Origin: Planctomycetota bacterium
GTDB lineage: Bacteria > Planctomycetota > MHYJ01 > WSZJ01
Length of the DNA: 64,000 nucleotides
NCBI GenBank assembly: GCA_038060895.1
Contig: JBBTCT010000001.1
Span: 96,001-160,000, forward strand
Direction: 5' to 3'
Position 1 is the first letter of the stretch. The number at the start of each line of letters is the position of its first letter. Position numbers and translations under genes: made by a program. A model generated the notes under the pieces. That model ran no database searches. It saw only the letters and a list, made by a program, of their open reading frames with translations, and was not told the DNA's origin. Of this stretch, positions 34,838 through 45,048 are shown in pieces.

Positions 34838-37542
34838 TTCGTGAACAGCTTGTCGATTTCGATGGAGAGGCGCGTGTCGACTTCCGGGTCCTTGAACTCT
34901 CCCTGTACAAAGATTGCAACGCCGGCCCGCATGACGCGGCCCACCGTTTCTCCGAAGACTCCGTGAAACTTCGGCGACATCTTGAGGCGGATTTTGCCGT
35001 CGAAGTCCAGGTACCCCTTGTCCGACAGCAAGTCCATGGACTTCGATTCCAGGCTGAGCTGCTTGAGGTTGAATCGACCGTTGCCGACGTCAAACGTGAC
35101 CGAGCCCCGCTCAAAGACGTCCTTCTTCCCGAAATCAAGTACGTTGAACACCCGCGCAAGGAGCGGCACGTCGTAGAGCTCGCTGTCCTTGAAGGAGACC
35201 GCGCCGGAGCCCGTAAACCCGTTCGAATTTCCGCCTGTCCCTTCCATCCTCAAGTCGCTGCTGGCCCGCCCGGTGATGTTCTTCCCGGCGAACGCCGTGT
35301 CCCGCGTCAACTGGAGCAGATCGACGTTGACGCCCTTGAGCTCCACCTTCCAGTCCGACGTCGCCGTGTCGTACGAAACGTCTCCGGAGATCCGCCCGTC
35401 GTAACAGGTCGCGTCGATGTCATCGATGTTGAGCATCCCGTCCCGCAGGCTCGGGTTTGCGCGCACGCCCTGGATCTTGAAGTCCTCGACGCGCAGGCTC
35501 GCATTCTTGATCTGCGTCACGACCGTGCTCGAACCGGGCTTCATCGCACCGTGCGTCACCGTGATGTCGGCGTTCACTTCCCGGTAAGCCAGCCCCGCAT
35601 CAAAGGACCCGTCCTTCAGCTTGATGGACGACGCCGTGAACCGCGACTCCCCTGCACCCATCTCCGGGTCGCCCTTCCTGAAATTCAGGTCCGTAAGGTC
35701 CAGCGCCCCTTTCAGGTTCATGTCCGAAATGATCCCGCCGAAATCGGTCGGAAGGGCCGCGCGCAGGTCGCCATCGATCGGAATGTTGTTGCCGCTGATC
35801 GTCAGGTTGTACGAAGGATCGGCGTCCAGCCCGTCCACCGTACCGCGAATTTCCAGGCTCGCCTTTCCGTGCTCCCCGTCCAGCCGGCGCACCTCGACCC
35901 GCTTCGCATCCGTCCAGACTTCGCCCGTAATGTTCGACACCAGATAGGGCACCCCGTCAAACGTCGCCTTCATCCCCTTCGGCCGGACCGTCACGTCATA
36001 CGTCAGTTCCTTGTCCAGCCCCGGCTCCCGCTTCGTCACCCAGTGAAACCCGATCGAGCCCTCGGGGCTGAAGTGCTTCCAGACCTGCTTGACCGCGTCC
36101 GGGAGCGCCGCGAAAGTTTCGTCGGACAGGCGGACGCCGTCCGTATCGACCGTCACCTCGATCCCGCCGTCCGCCTGGATGCTGGTCAGGTGGCCGTTCA
36201 CGGAGAACCACGATTCGTGGTTGCGGCAGCGCGCGTTCTCGATCGTCAGCTCATCTCCGCGAAGCACGATCAGGCCGGTGACGTTCGTGATCGGGAGGGG
36301 GAACGGCTTGAACGTTGCGGAGCAATCCATCATGTTCATCTCGATGTCGTGCTTGACCGGGATCCCACGGCCGTGAGGCTTGATGACGTCGACCTTGCCG
36401 CGCAGCCGTCCGGCAGGGCTGAAGAGGTCGTAGACGTTGGCGGCGTCGCTCTGGAGAGCGGCGCGCAATTTCGGGTTGATCGGGAGGTTTTCGATATTGA
36501 AGTGCAGGGTGTAGGCCGATTCACCGACGTAGCCGTCCGTCGAACCGGACATCGCGATCTCGACCGGGTCCGCGCCGGCGACGGGCGAAGCGGACTCCCC
36601 GTCCGTCCCGCGCGGCCAGAACTTCGCCGTCATCCCCTGGAATTCGATCCCGTCGTCCTTCAGGCGCATCAGCCCGTTCACATTCAGGACCTTGTACCGG
36701 AAGTTTGCGTACTCGATCGAGATCCCCCGCGGCACAACCTCGGCGACGACGGAAACGGGTTTCGCGGACGCCGGATCGTAGGTCCCTTTCAAGGTCGCAT
36801 CGACCAGCCCGACGGCCTTGTACATCCCGTAGACGCGCTGCACTTCTTCGCCAAATGCCGCCACCGTCTGCGGCCCGACGTCCAGCCCCCTGGTCTCGAG
36901 CCGCACGTCGCTCTTGCCGCTCAAGGTGTCGATCGTGCCGTGGATCAGCCAGCGGCCGAGCGGCCCCGCGTCGGCGCTTCCCTCTACCACGAACTGCTCG
37001 CCGCCGCCGTAGGGAAGGATGTTGAGGTCGAGGTCCTTGACCAGGATCTCGAGTCCTTCCTTCATCAGGGCTTCGTACGCGAACACGAATTCCCCTCGAC
37101 GCACGCTGATCCTCGGGATGGGCCCGCCTGCGGCCTGCGACTCGCCTGCGCGGCGGGCGATTTCCGTCACCAGGTCGAACAACTCGGCGCGCCCGTCCTT
37201 CGTGATCTCGAGCCGTACCATCGGCCGATCGAGTTCGATCGACGCGATCGAGACCTTTCCCTCCATGAGACGGTTGCGGTCGAGCTGCACCCGGATGCTC
37301 TCGGCCCGGAGAAAGGGCGACCCGTCGCGCTTCGGGATCGAAAAATCCTTTGCCACCAGGCCCCTGAACGGGCCGAATGAAATGTCCTCCAGGTGTACGG
37401 GACGCCCGACGATCCGCTCGAGCTCGGTGGTCACGAAGTCCCGATTCAGGAACGTGCGGTAGGCAAGGGCGGTGTCCGCGGCGGCCAGGGCGGCGACGAA
37501 GAGAGCCATGAATCCGAAGGCCGCGAATTTTTTTGTGAGCAT
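34834..37542 (-). CDS. AsmA-like lipid-transfer (beta-taco) protein
   Basis: N-terminal anchor; repeating beta-strand pattern; AsmA_2-like C-terminus (YDGRISG, VQGEFKDP). Confidence 0.65.
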   Translation of the reverse strand: MLTKKFAAFGFMALFVAALAAADTALAYRTFLNRDFVTTELERIVGRPVHLEDISFGPFRGLVAKDFSIPKRDGSPFLRAESIRVQLDRNRLMEGKVSIASIELDRPMVRLEITKDGRAELFDLVTEIARRAGESQAAGGPIPRISVRRGEFVFAYEALMKEGLEILVKDLDLNILPYGGGEQFVVEGSADAGPLGRWLIHGTIDTLSGKSDVRLETRGLDVGPQTVAAFGEEVQRVYGMYKAVGLVDATLKGTYDPASAKPVSVVAEVVPRGISIEYANFRYKVLNVNGLMRLKDDGIEFQGMTAKFWPRGTDGESASPVAGADPVEIAMSGSTDGYVGESAYTLHFNIENLPINPKLRAALQSDAANVYDLFSPAGRLRGKVDVIKPHGRGIPVKHDIEMNMMDCSATFKPFPLPITNVTGLIVLRGDELTIENARCRNHESWFSVNGHLTSIQADGGIEVTVDTDGVRLSDETFAALPDAVKQVWKHFSPEGSIGFHWVTKREPGLDKELTYDVTVRPKGMKATFDGVPYLVSNITGEVWTDAKRVEVRRLDGEHGKASLEIRGTVDGLDADPSYNLTISGNNIPIDGDLRAALPTDFGGIISDMNLKGALDLTDLNFRKGDPEMGAGESRFTASSIKLKDGSFDAGLAYREVNADITVTHGAMKPGSSTVVTQIKNASLRVEDFKIQGVRANPSLRDGMLNIDDIDATCYDGRISGDVSYDTATSDWKVELKGVNVDLLQLTRDTAFAGKNITGRASSDLRMEGTGGNSNGFTGSGAVSFKDSELYDVPLLARVFNVLDFGKKDVFERGSVTFDVGNGRFNLKQLSLESKSMDLLSDKGYLDFDGKIRLKMSPKFHGVFGETVGRVMRAGVAIFVQGEFKDPEVDTRLSIEIDKLFTK

Positions 37543-37593
37543 GAGGGTCAATTCTAGCCCGCGTGACGAAGTGAAGTGCCGGAATTGCGGCGC

Positions 37594-38598
37594 TCAGGAC
37601 GGCTCAATCAGCATCGAATCCCCGTATGAAAAGAACATGAATTTCCGGCGAACGGCCTCCGCGTACGCCGCCAGCACCCGCTCCCGCCCGCCGAACGCGC
37701 ACGCGAGCATGAGCGGCGTTCCGCCGGGCAGGTGGAAATTGGTGAGAAGGCGGTGGACGGCGCGGAAGCGGAATCCGGGCGTGATGAAAAGCGCGGTCTC
37801 GCCGGCGCCGGCCCGGACGGCGCCGTCCTTCCACGCAGCCTCCAGCGTCCGGGTCACCGTCGTGCCGACCGACGTGACGCGTTTCGCAGCCGAGATCGCC
37901 GCCGCAGTCTCCGCGGGAACGACAAACGGTTCCGGATCCATCCGGTGGTCCTCCACGTTCTCTGCCGTCACGGGCTTGAACGTCCCGACCCCCACGTGCA
38001 GAGTGACGAACGCAATCCCGGCGCCCGTCGCCCTGATCGACTCCAGCACCGCTTCCGTGAAGTGCAGCCCGGCCGTCGGCGCCGCAATCGCCCCTTCTGT
38101 CTTCGCATACACCGTCTGGTACCGTTCGCGGTCCTCGGCGTCCGCCGGGTCGCCGGCGCGGCCGCGCTTGATATAAGGAGGAAGCGGCATCCGGCCGGCG
38201 GCCGCGATGTCGGCATCCGCAGGGAACTCGACTTCCCATGCGCCGCGCGCACGCCGAACGCTTCCCTCGAACGCCCCGAACGACAGCACTTCCCCCTCGC
38301 GCAGCTTCCCGCGCCCGCCGACCATCGCTTCCCAGACTCCACCGCCCTTCGGCCGCACCAGCAGCACGTCGAACGCCCCGCCGGTCTTCCGCTTCCCGCT
38401 CAACCGCGCCGGCCGCACGCGCGTATCGTTGAGAACGAGGAGGTCGCCGGGGCCGAAGAACCGGGGCAGGTCGTGAAAGAGAAGGTGTTCGTCCCGATCC
38501 CGCAGCAGCGCGAACAGCCTTGACGCGTCTCGGCGCGCGGCAGGGTGCTGCGCGACAAGTTCCTCGGACAGGTCGAATTGGAATTCGGAAAGTTTCAC
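37594..38598 (-). CDS. queA: S-adenosylmethionine:tRNA ribosyltransferase-isomerase
   Basis: NDTRV, PLPPYI, YQTVYA, AAPTAGLHFT, TNFHLP, FSYGD; GTG start. Confidence 0.95.
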   Translation of the reverse strand: MKLSEFQFDLSEELVAQHPAARRDASRLFALLRDRDEHLLFHDLPRFFGPGDLLVLNDTRVRPARLSGKRKTGGAFDVLLVRPKGGGVWEAMVGGRGKLREGEVLSFGAFEGSVRRARGAWEVEFPADADIAAAGRMPLPPYIKRGRAGDPADAEDRERYQTVYAKTEGAIAAPTAGLHFTEAVLESIRATGAGIAFVTLHVGVGTFKPVTAENVEDHRMDPEPFVVPAETAAAISAAKRVTSVGTTVTRTLEAAWKDGAVRAGAGETALFITPGFRFRAVHRLLTNFHLPGGTPLMLACAFGGRERVLAAYAEAVRRKFMFFSYGDSMLIEPS

Positions 38599-38869
38599 AG
38601 GGTGGACTTCATGTCGCGCTCTCACGCAGTGCCGGGACGATGTTCGGCTGCTCGGGATCAGGCATGCGACGAAAACATACCAGCCGCGGCGCTTCAGATG
38701 TACTCCCTTGAGGAAGAAGAAGCCTGGACCATTGCGCAGTTGCGCGAGGGCGAGCCGTTTCCTCCGTCGAAAGTAGAGTGCGACAAGATCACCCTTGGCC
38801 GTCCGGACCACGCCGGCCTGTAGCGCGTCGCCTTGCCCTGCGCCCGCGCGCCGCTTACGCTCTTTCGCG

Positions 38870-40789
38870 ATGCAGGACATCTTCAATATCGTCATCGGGA
38901 CCGCGGGGCACATCGACCACGGCAAGTCCACGCTGGTCCGCAAGCTGACCGGCATCGATCCCGACCGCCTCCCGGAGGAAAAGGAGCGCGGCCTCACCAT
39001 CGACCTCGGCTTCGCGCCCTTCACGCTCAAGGACGGCCGCCGAATCGGGCTCATCGACGTCCCGGGGCACGAGAAGTTCGTGAAGAACATGGTCGCGGGG
39101 GCAACGTCGCTCGACGGCGTCATCCTCGTCATCGCGGCGGACGACGGGATCATGCCGCAGACGCGGGAGCACCTGAACATCCTGCGGATCCTGGACGTGA
39201 AGCGCGGGATGGTGGCACTGACGAAGATCGACATCGCGGAGCCGGACATGCTGGAGCTGGTGGAGGACGAGATCCGGCAGATGCTGCAGGGGACGTTCCT
39301 CGAGGCGGCGCCGATTTTCCGGGTCAGTTCGCACACCGGCGCGGGTTACGAAGCCCTGATCGACGGGATCAACAAACTGGCGGTCGCGACGCCGCCGCGC
39401 ACGACCGAGGGCGTATTCCGGATGCCGATCCAGCGCGTCTTTTCGGCCAAGGGGTTCGGGACGATAGCCACAGGAGTCCCGATCACCGGGAAGGCGAAGC
39501 TCGGCGACACTGTTGAAGTCCTCCCGCTCGGAAAATCGTCGCGCATCCGCGGCCTCCAGGCCTACAAGGGCGATGTCACCGAAATCCGCGCCGGACACTC
39601 TTCCGCCGTCAACCTCTCGGACATCGATCACGCCGAGGTCATCCGCGGCATGGTCATGGCCACCCCCGGATACCTGCACGCCGCCGATCACGTCAACGCG
39701 CGCTTCCGCTTCCTGAACGAGGAAGTTGGCCGGCTGAAGAACGGCGCCGCGGTGCGCCTGCACACGGGGACGGTGGAAGGCCTCGGGACGCTCAACCTCG
39801 TCGAAGGGCAGGATCTCGTAGCGGGAACCGACGCGCTGATCCAGATCCGGCTCGCCGAGCCGGTCGTCGTCGCGGCCAACGACCTTTTTGTGCTGCGCCT
39901 CCAGTCGCCGACGGTGGTTCTCGGAGGCGGGCGAATCCTGTCATCGACGCTCGGCCGGCCGAAGATGAACCGGGCAAAGCTGGTGGAAGATCTCAAGGGA
40001 GCGGAAGCGTCATTGGGTGACTCACGCAAGACCCTCGAGCACCTGATCCGCCGGGCCGGCTCGGACCCCGTGTCGCTCGACTCGATCGCGAAGCAGTCGC
40101 TTCTTCCTATCGCTCAGGCATGGGACCTCGTCGGCGGCCTCAAGCAGAAAGGGCTGGTCACGGAGCTGCCCGAGACGAAGCGGCTCCTGCACCGCGACGG
40201 CCTTGCCGCCGCTGCGGGCGAAATCACGAGGACGCTCGAGGAGTTCCACAAGACGAATCCGGTTTCGGTCGGCATGGAGAAGATTCCTCTTCGCACCGCC
40301 AGCGGCCTGGACCCGGAGGCGTTCGAGGCGGGGCTTGCGCTCGCGCGCAATTCGGGGGGCGCGGCCGAGGAGCGCGGGCTGTGGCGCAAAGCGGCCCACG
40401 CGGTCGCGCTGACTGCGGAGCAGGAGAAACTGATCGAGGCGGCGCGCAAGCTGCTGCTTGCCGACAAGTACGCGACGCCTCGCGTGGACGAAATGGCCGG
40501 GAAGCTCGGGAAGACGCCGCAACAGGTGGACAAGCTTCTCAAGCTGATGATGCAGACCGGCGAGATCGTGAAGCTGAAGGACGACATCCTCCTGCACCGG
40601 GACGCCATTGCGGAAGCGGTGGAGACGGCGCGGAAACTGTGTACGGAAAAGGGAGAAGTCGGCCCGAGCGAGTTCCGCGACGCGATGAAGACCAGCCGGA
40701 AGTACGTGATTCCGCTGCTGGAGCATCTGGATGCAATCGGGGTGACGGTCCGGCAGGGGGACAAGCGGGTGCTCCGGGCTTCCCCGTGA
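38870..40789 (+). CDS. selB: Selenocysteine-specific translation elongation factor
   Basis: GTAGHIDHGKS, GLTIDLGF, DVPGHE; C-terminal SECIS-binding winged helix TSRKYVIPLLEHLD. Confidence 0.95.
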   Translation: MQDIFNIVIGTAGHIDHGKSTLVRKLTGIDPDRLPEEKERGLTIDLGFAPFTLKDGRRIGLIDVPGHEKFVKNMVAGATSLDGVILVIAADDGIMPQTREHLNILRILDVKRGMVALTKIDIAEPDMLELVEDEIRQMLQGTFLEAAPIFRVSSHTGAGYEALIDGINKLAVATPPRTTEGVFRMPIQRVFSAKGFGTIATGVPITGKAKLGDTVEVLPLGKSSRIRGLQAYKGDVTEIRAGHSSAVNLSDIDHAEVIRGMVMATPGYLHAADHVNARFRFLNEEVGRLKNGAAVRLHTGTVEGLGTLNLVEGQDLVAGTDALIQIRLAEPVVVAANDLFVLRLQSPTVVLGGGRILSSTLGRPKMNRAKLVEDLKGAEASLGDSRKTLEHLIRRAGSDPVSLDSIAKQSLLPIAQAWDLVGGLKQKGLVTELPETKRLLHRDGLAAAAGEITRTLEEFHKTNPVSVGMEKIPLRTASGLDPEAFEAGLALARNSGGAAEERGLWRKAAHAVALTAEQEKLIEAARKLLLADKYATPRVDEMAGKLGKTPQQVDKLLKLMMQTGEIVKLKDDILLHRDAIAEAVETARKLCTEKGEVGPSEFRDAMKTSRKYVIPLLEHLDAIGVTVRQGDKRVLRASP

Positions 40790-41385
40790 AAAAGCCGCCC
40801 CCGCCGACAGGTCCTTCCCCCGCGGCCGAACCGGATCCGGACACGCTTCTCATGATCCGTGTCCGCGACGACGACATGGAGGCCTATACCCTCCTCGTCG
40901 AGCGCTACCAGCAGCGAGTCGTCAACACGGTCTTCCGTTACACGGGAGACGGCGCAGGCGCCGAAGACCTCGCGCAGGAGGTCTTCATCAAGATCTTCAA
41001 GGCCCGCAAATCCTGGGAGCCCGTCGCGAAATTTTCAACGTGGCTCTTCCGAATCGTCACCAACATCTGCCTGAACGAAATTCGGAACCGGAAGCATCGC
41101 CCGAACGTCTCGCTCGACGACAATCCGCTTCTCGATCCAGGCCAGGAGGACCCGGCCGCAATTGAGACCTCGAGAAAGGAACTGGTCCATGCCGTGAGGA
41201 AAGCTCTCGACTCTCTGCCCGAAAACCAGCGCATGGCCGTCGTGCTCAACAAGTGGGAAGACCAGAGCTACGAGCAGATCGGCGAGGCGATGAACCTGAG
41301 CGTGCCGGCCGTGAAAAGCCTGCTGTTCCGGGCCAGGCAGGCGATGAAGGATCAGCTCGAAAAGTTCCTGAGCCCGGACGCGTAG
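40786..41385 (+). CDS. ECF sigma-70 factor
   Basis: AEDLAQEVF, FSTWLFRI, SYEQIGEAM...VKSLLFRAR. Confidence 0.9.
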   Translation: MKKPPPPTGPSPAAEPDPDTLLMIRVRDDDMEAYTLLVERYQQRVVNTVFRYTGDGAGAEDLAQEVFIKIFKARKSWEPVAKFSTWLFRIVTNICLNEIRNRKHRPNVSLDDNPLLDPGQEDPAAIETSRKELVHAVRKALDSLPENQRMAVVLNKWEDQSYEQIGEAMNLSVPAVKSLLFRARQAMKDQLEKFLSPDA

Positions 41386-41391
41386 GCGCCT

Positions 41392-42072
41392 CTACTTCGG
41401 CTGGATTGCCGCGCCGTTCGATCTTTCGACGTGCCGCGATTCTGTGCCCGACGCCGGAACCGAAAAGATTCCACCGGGGCGTTTCGCGATTTCCTCGTAT
41501 TGGATCTTCTGCTCCGCCGTCAGGAGCGGCATCATCTTCTCGTTCGTGTCCGCCTTGAGCGCCTCGAGGGCCGCCATGGTGTCGTCTCCGGCCTGGCCGG
41601 CGCGGGCCTTCCTCCAGTTCTTCACCTGGACTCCGACCAGCTCCGAAACTTGTGACGTCTGCTGGGCCGATAGCTCGAGTTGATCGGTCAGGTGCTCGAC
41701 GATGGACCTGCACATCTCGTCCAGCCACGACATTTGCCGCCGCTCCTCGTCTTCAATCGCCTCCTTTGCGGCGGATTCGGCAGTCGACGCCCCCTCCGGA
41801 GATTTCGCGGCAGGGTCCGTGCCTGAAGCGGGTGGAAGGGATGCGAGCGAGGAAACCTGGGCCCGGATCGCGGCGATTTCGCGTGCGAGATCGGCGTTGG
41901 ATGGACCGGCCGGAGCGACGGCCGGAAGAGGCGTCGCGGATTCCATCTTCGCGACGCGGTCCGAAAGCCCGCGGACTTCCGAAGAGGCGCCGCGCGCTTC
42001 GAACACGGCAACCAGCATCCCGGCCACCGATACCGCGGACAGCACGAGCGAGGCCACCTGCAGTTTCATCAC
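41392..42072 (-). CDS. Membrane-anchored coiled-coil protein with LTxxQ (Spy/CpxP-like) C-terminus
   Basis: N-terminal TM helix; LELSAQQ...LLTAEQ; paralog of the next gene. Confidence 0.6.
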   Translation of the reverse strand: MMKLQVASLVLSAVSVAGMLVAVFEARGASSEVRGLSDRVAKMESATPLPAVAPAGPSNADLAREIAAIRAQVSSLASLPPASGTDPAAKSPEGASTAESAAKEAIEDEERRQMSWLDEMCRSIVEHLTDQLELSAQQTSQVSELVGVQVKNWRKARAGQAGDDTMAALEALKADTNEKMMPLLTAEQKIQYEEIAKRPGGIFSVPASGTESRHVERSNGAAIQPK

Positions 42073-42101
42073 GTCAAATCTCCCTGCTGTTGTAACGGAG
42101 C

Positions 42102-42842
42102 CTACTTCTGCGAACTGTCGCTTTCGTCAACGCTCTCGACGCTCCCGCCCCACATGTTTCCCTTCTTCATCATCTCGTCGTACTTCGCGCCCTGCTCTGG
42201 CGTCAGCACCAGCTTGACCTTTTCGTTCGTTTCCGCCTGCAGCTTGTTGTAGTCAACCGCTTCCGCGTTTTCGTTTTCCTGGGTGTCGGTCCACATTGTG
42301 TTCATGCGTCCCCACTGGTCGGCGAAGATCGTCGCCAGCTGGTTTTTCTGCGTCTCGGTCAGCTCCAGTTTCTTGGCCAGGCTCTCTGCCCAGCTTTTCG
42401 CAGAGACCTCCAGCTGCTTCCTGTACGCCCGCGCCTGTTTCTCCTTGTCGATCTTGTCCTTCTGCACCATCGCGTCCTGGACCGCCTTGGAGAGGTCGTC
42501 CTTGCTGAGGCCGGGGCCGCCCTTGGCCGCGACCAGCGGGTCGCCCGGCGCGCCCGCCGCGCCCGGGAGATGTGAAGCCGAACCTGTTCGAAGCGCCGCA
42601 ATCTCCTCCCGGAGCCTGGCGATCTCGAGAGCGACGTCGGGAGAGGAAGACGGAGCCTGTTTGTTGGCGTCAGCGGTTGCGCCCGGCTCGGAGCGGGACG
42701 TCGAGCCGCCCTCGAGGCGCTCTACGCGGTCTCCGAGGGAGTTGAGGGAGCCGGCCATGCGGCGGAATTCGATGGAGGCGAAGACGAAAGAAGCGGAAAC
42801 GACGAGGCCCAGGAATGCGGACATGACGGTCGAAGTCTTCAT
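42102..42842 (-). CDS. Membrane-anchored coiled-coil protein with LTxxQ C-terminus (paralog)
   Basis: N-terminal TM helix; LELTETQ...VLTPEQ. Confidence 0.6.
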   Translation of the reverse strand: MKTSTVMSAFLGLVVSASFVFASIEFRRMAGSLNSLGDRVERLEGGSTSRSEPGATADANKQAPSSSPDVALEIARLREEIAALRTGSASHLPGAAGAPGDPLVAAKGGPGLSKDDLSKAVQDAMVQKDKIDKEKQARAYRKQLEVSAKSWAESLAKKLELTETQKNQLATIFADQWGRMNTMWTDTQENENAEAVDYNKLQAETNEKVKLVLTPEQGAKYDEMMKKGNMWGGSVESVDESDSSQK

Positions 42843-42946
42843 GGGATGCTCCGGCTGGGGTCCTGCGCGAAGACGGCACGGGGGGGCGCTGAGTTCAGAC
42901 CCTGAATCATAATGATTGGAGCCACGGAATGGGCCCGCGAATCGCG

Positions 42947-43384
42947 CTAGAACGGCACCGGGTCGTCCAGCATCTCCAGCTTTGCTTCGACTTCCAGCAT
43001 CATCTCGAGCAGGCGCCTGCGCCGCTCGTCCATGGTCATCCTGGTGATCAGTTCGGTCGGGGTGTCCTGCGTCGGCCGCCGGAGAATCCTGGTTTCCGGT
43101 GTCGAGGCCGGCGCGACTGCGGGCGGGCTGTCGAGCCTGAGAGTGACCTGCAGTTCCGCTTTCGGGAGGCGGGCCTCCAGGCGCGGCGTGGGAGCGAGCT
43201 TGGGCAAGGGCGCATCGGGGCGGGCATCCGGTCGCCCGGCGGTTGGAAACCAGACGCCGTGACGTCCCGGTGAAACGGGCACCAGGATGGGAATCGGCCG
43301 GCTTTCCCCGGCGGCTGGCAGGAGTCGCGGCGAGGGACGGGGAGCGTCGCTCGGGGAAGGCGGCGGCTGGGGTTTGTTGGGCAT
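42947..43384 (-). CDS. Hypothetical proline-rich protein
   Basis: Open frame with a helical C-terminus (MDERRRRLLEMMLEVEAKL); AT-rich region upstream. Confidence 0.4.
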   Translation of the reverse strand: MPNKPQPPPSPSDAPRPSPRLLPAAGESRPIPILVPVSPGRHGVWFPTAGRPDARPDAPLPKLAPTPRLEARLPKAELQVTLRLDSPPAVAPASTPETRILRRPTQDTPTELITRMTMDERRRRLLEMMLEVEAKLEMLDDPVPF

Positions 43385-43759
43385 GCGATGGCCGGGGGGA
43401 ATGGGCGCAAGGAACGTGCCCGGGGACTCAGGAAGCCAGGCGTGATGGAAGGTCTTCCGGCGCGACACTTTAGCGAAATTCTGCACGTTCTTAAATATCT
43501 TAAAGTTTTATGATTTTTGTACAGGTGTACATTCCGAATTACAGAGAGCGCGCGAAAGAATCGAGCGCCAACGCGCGATCCGGACTCGCAATCCGCCGTT
43601 GGAAAGGCTCGACGGCGGGGCGCGAGCCCAAATCACGCGCCGTCTCGAGCCTCACCTCGAAGTTGGCAGCCCGCTTTGAGTCGCTCACAGGCTCCTCCCA
43701 AATGGAATGCGCTTCCAACACTCAAAGGACAAAAGCGTTTGCAGAGAAGTCGTTTTCCG

Positions 43760-43875
43760 CTGAGCGCGAAAAAAATCCTCGTGGGCCGGGCGGAGTCGGC
43801 CCTTAGACCAAGAACACATCCGCAACCGTCACAAGGCCGACGTAGCCTGCCCCGCGAGGATTTTTTCGCGCTCAG
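43760..43875. repeat. 116-bp long imperfect hairpin; possible terminator or structured RNA
   Basis: CTGAGCGCGA7TCCTCG ... CGAGGAT6CGCGCTCAG, with inner GTCGGCC/GGCCGAC stem. Confidence 0.7.
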
Positions 43876-43889
43876 ACAGGTCGAGGTGC

Positions 43890-44807
43890 CTACGTCGCCA
43901 CCCCCGACTCTTCAATCTCCACCTCCCCGCCCCCAATGCGGCACTTGACGCCAATAGGCACGACCCAGCTTGAAACGTGATGCCCGAACGATTCCGTCTT
44001 CATCACCGGCCACCTCTCGTCCTCCGAGGCTTTCAGCGTCACCTGCTTCACCGTCACCCCGAACTTCTGTTCCTCGATCCCCTCCAGATGCCCCACAACC
44101 ATCCCCTTCAGCCCCCGGAATTCCCCGCCCAGCCTCAGGTGCCAGAGCGCGCTGTTGACGTCGTCCACGTTTTCGCCCACGTCCTCCCAGAAGTACACCC
44201 GTCCGCGCCATGCCGGCTCGTACCCCGTCCCCTTCAGCCAAACCGTGCTCCATAGGTTCCCGGCAACCGTCAGCCCGCGCCGGACCGCGGCATCCCGCCA
44301 GGCCGCCGTCTCACCGGGCGGCTTTCCCGCCGGCCGCGGATCCATCAGCGCCCTCGCGAAAAACTCGCGCGACTTCTCTCGTCCTTCAGAAAGTCCCCAC
44401 AACACGTTCTCACCCATGAAGGTCACAAGCCCGGTCTTGCGGTGGACGGCATTGAGCAACGACGTGTTGTCGCTGAATCCCATGAAGACCTTGGGATTGC
44501 GCGAGATCCGCGGGTAGTCGAGCAGCTCCAGAATCTCGAACGCTGAAAAGCCGCCGACAAGGCAGAAGATGCCCTTCACTTTCGCGTCCACGAACTGCCG
44601 GTTCAGGTCGTCGGCACGAAGCGCCCGGTCGCGCCCGATGTAGCCGCGTGATTTCTTCACCGATTCCCCGACGCGGACGCGCAGCCCCTGTCCTTCGAGG
44701 AAGCGGACGCCGTTCTGGATCTGGTCGTCGTATGGCGGACACCCCGAGGGCGCGACGATGGCGACCAGGTCGCGCGGGCGGAGGATGCGGGGCTTGACGG
44801 GTGTCAT
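43890..44807 (-). CDS. S66 family LD-carboxypeptidase (LdcA/MccF-like)
   Basis: IVAPS, RADDLN, GFSDNT, GNL, EDV, FGH. Confidence 0.9.
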   Translation of the reverse strand: MTPVKPRILRPRDLVAIVAPSGCPPYDDQIQNGVRFLEGQGLRVRVGESVKKSRGYIGRDRALRADDLNRQFVDAKVKGIFCLVGGFSAFEILELLDYPRISRNPKVFMGFSDNTSLLNAVHRKTGLVTFMGENVLWGLSEGREKSREFFARALMDPRPAGKPPGETAAWRDAAVRRGLTVAGNLWSTVWLKGTGYEPAWRGRVYFWEDVGENVDDVNSALWHLRLGGEFRGLKGMVVGHLEGIEEQKFGVTVKQVTLKASEDERWPVMKTESFGHHVSSWVVPIGVKCRIGGGEVEIEESGVAT

Positions 44808-44959
44808 GCTGAGATCCTCTCGAGGAGTGCGCGGAAGCGTGTCAGGAGCGCGTCGATGAGATCGCGAGCTTCCTCCGGAACACGACCCGAGGCGAGTCTC
44901 GTGAAACCGGGGAGGTGGCAGAAGAGGACGGCGACGGTGCTGCGTTCTGAAGAAGGCAC
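44804..44959 (-). pseudogene. 51-aa mini-ORF resembling the N-terminus of a class III adenylate/guanylate cyclase domain
   Basis: VPSSERSTVAVLFCHLPGFTRLASGRVPEEARDLIDALLTRFRALLERISA; stop overlaps the next ATG (ATGA). Confidence 0.55.
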
Positions 44960-45048
44960 GGGGTCATGATACGGCCCGCGGAGCGATCGGGCATTCAGAG
45001 GACAGATCCGTTTTCCGCCCGGCCTCGTAGAATGTCCGGGTCACCGGC

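Noticed and set aside
38580-38700. Possible tRNA-Sec (selC) next to selB because of GGACTTCA
   Set aside because: No CTTCAAA anticodon loop with a closing stem, no T-loop GTTCGA and no acceptor-stem pairing; it also overlaps the queA start.
38611-38823. Small ORF between queA and selB
   Set aside because: No motif or clear RBS, and frames are open on both strands, so I cannot support it.
43760-43875. SRP (4.5S) or 6S RNA
   Set aside because: No CAGG…GGAA…AGCA helix-8 motif; too short and lacking the central bubble expected for 6S.
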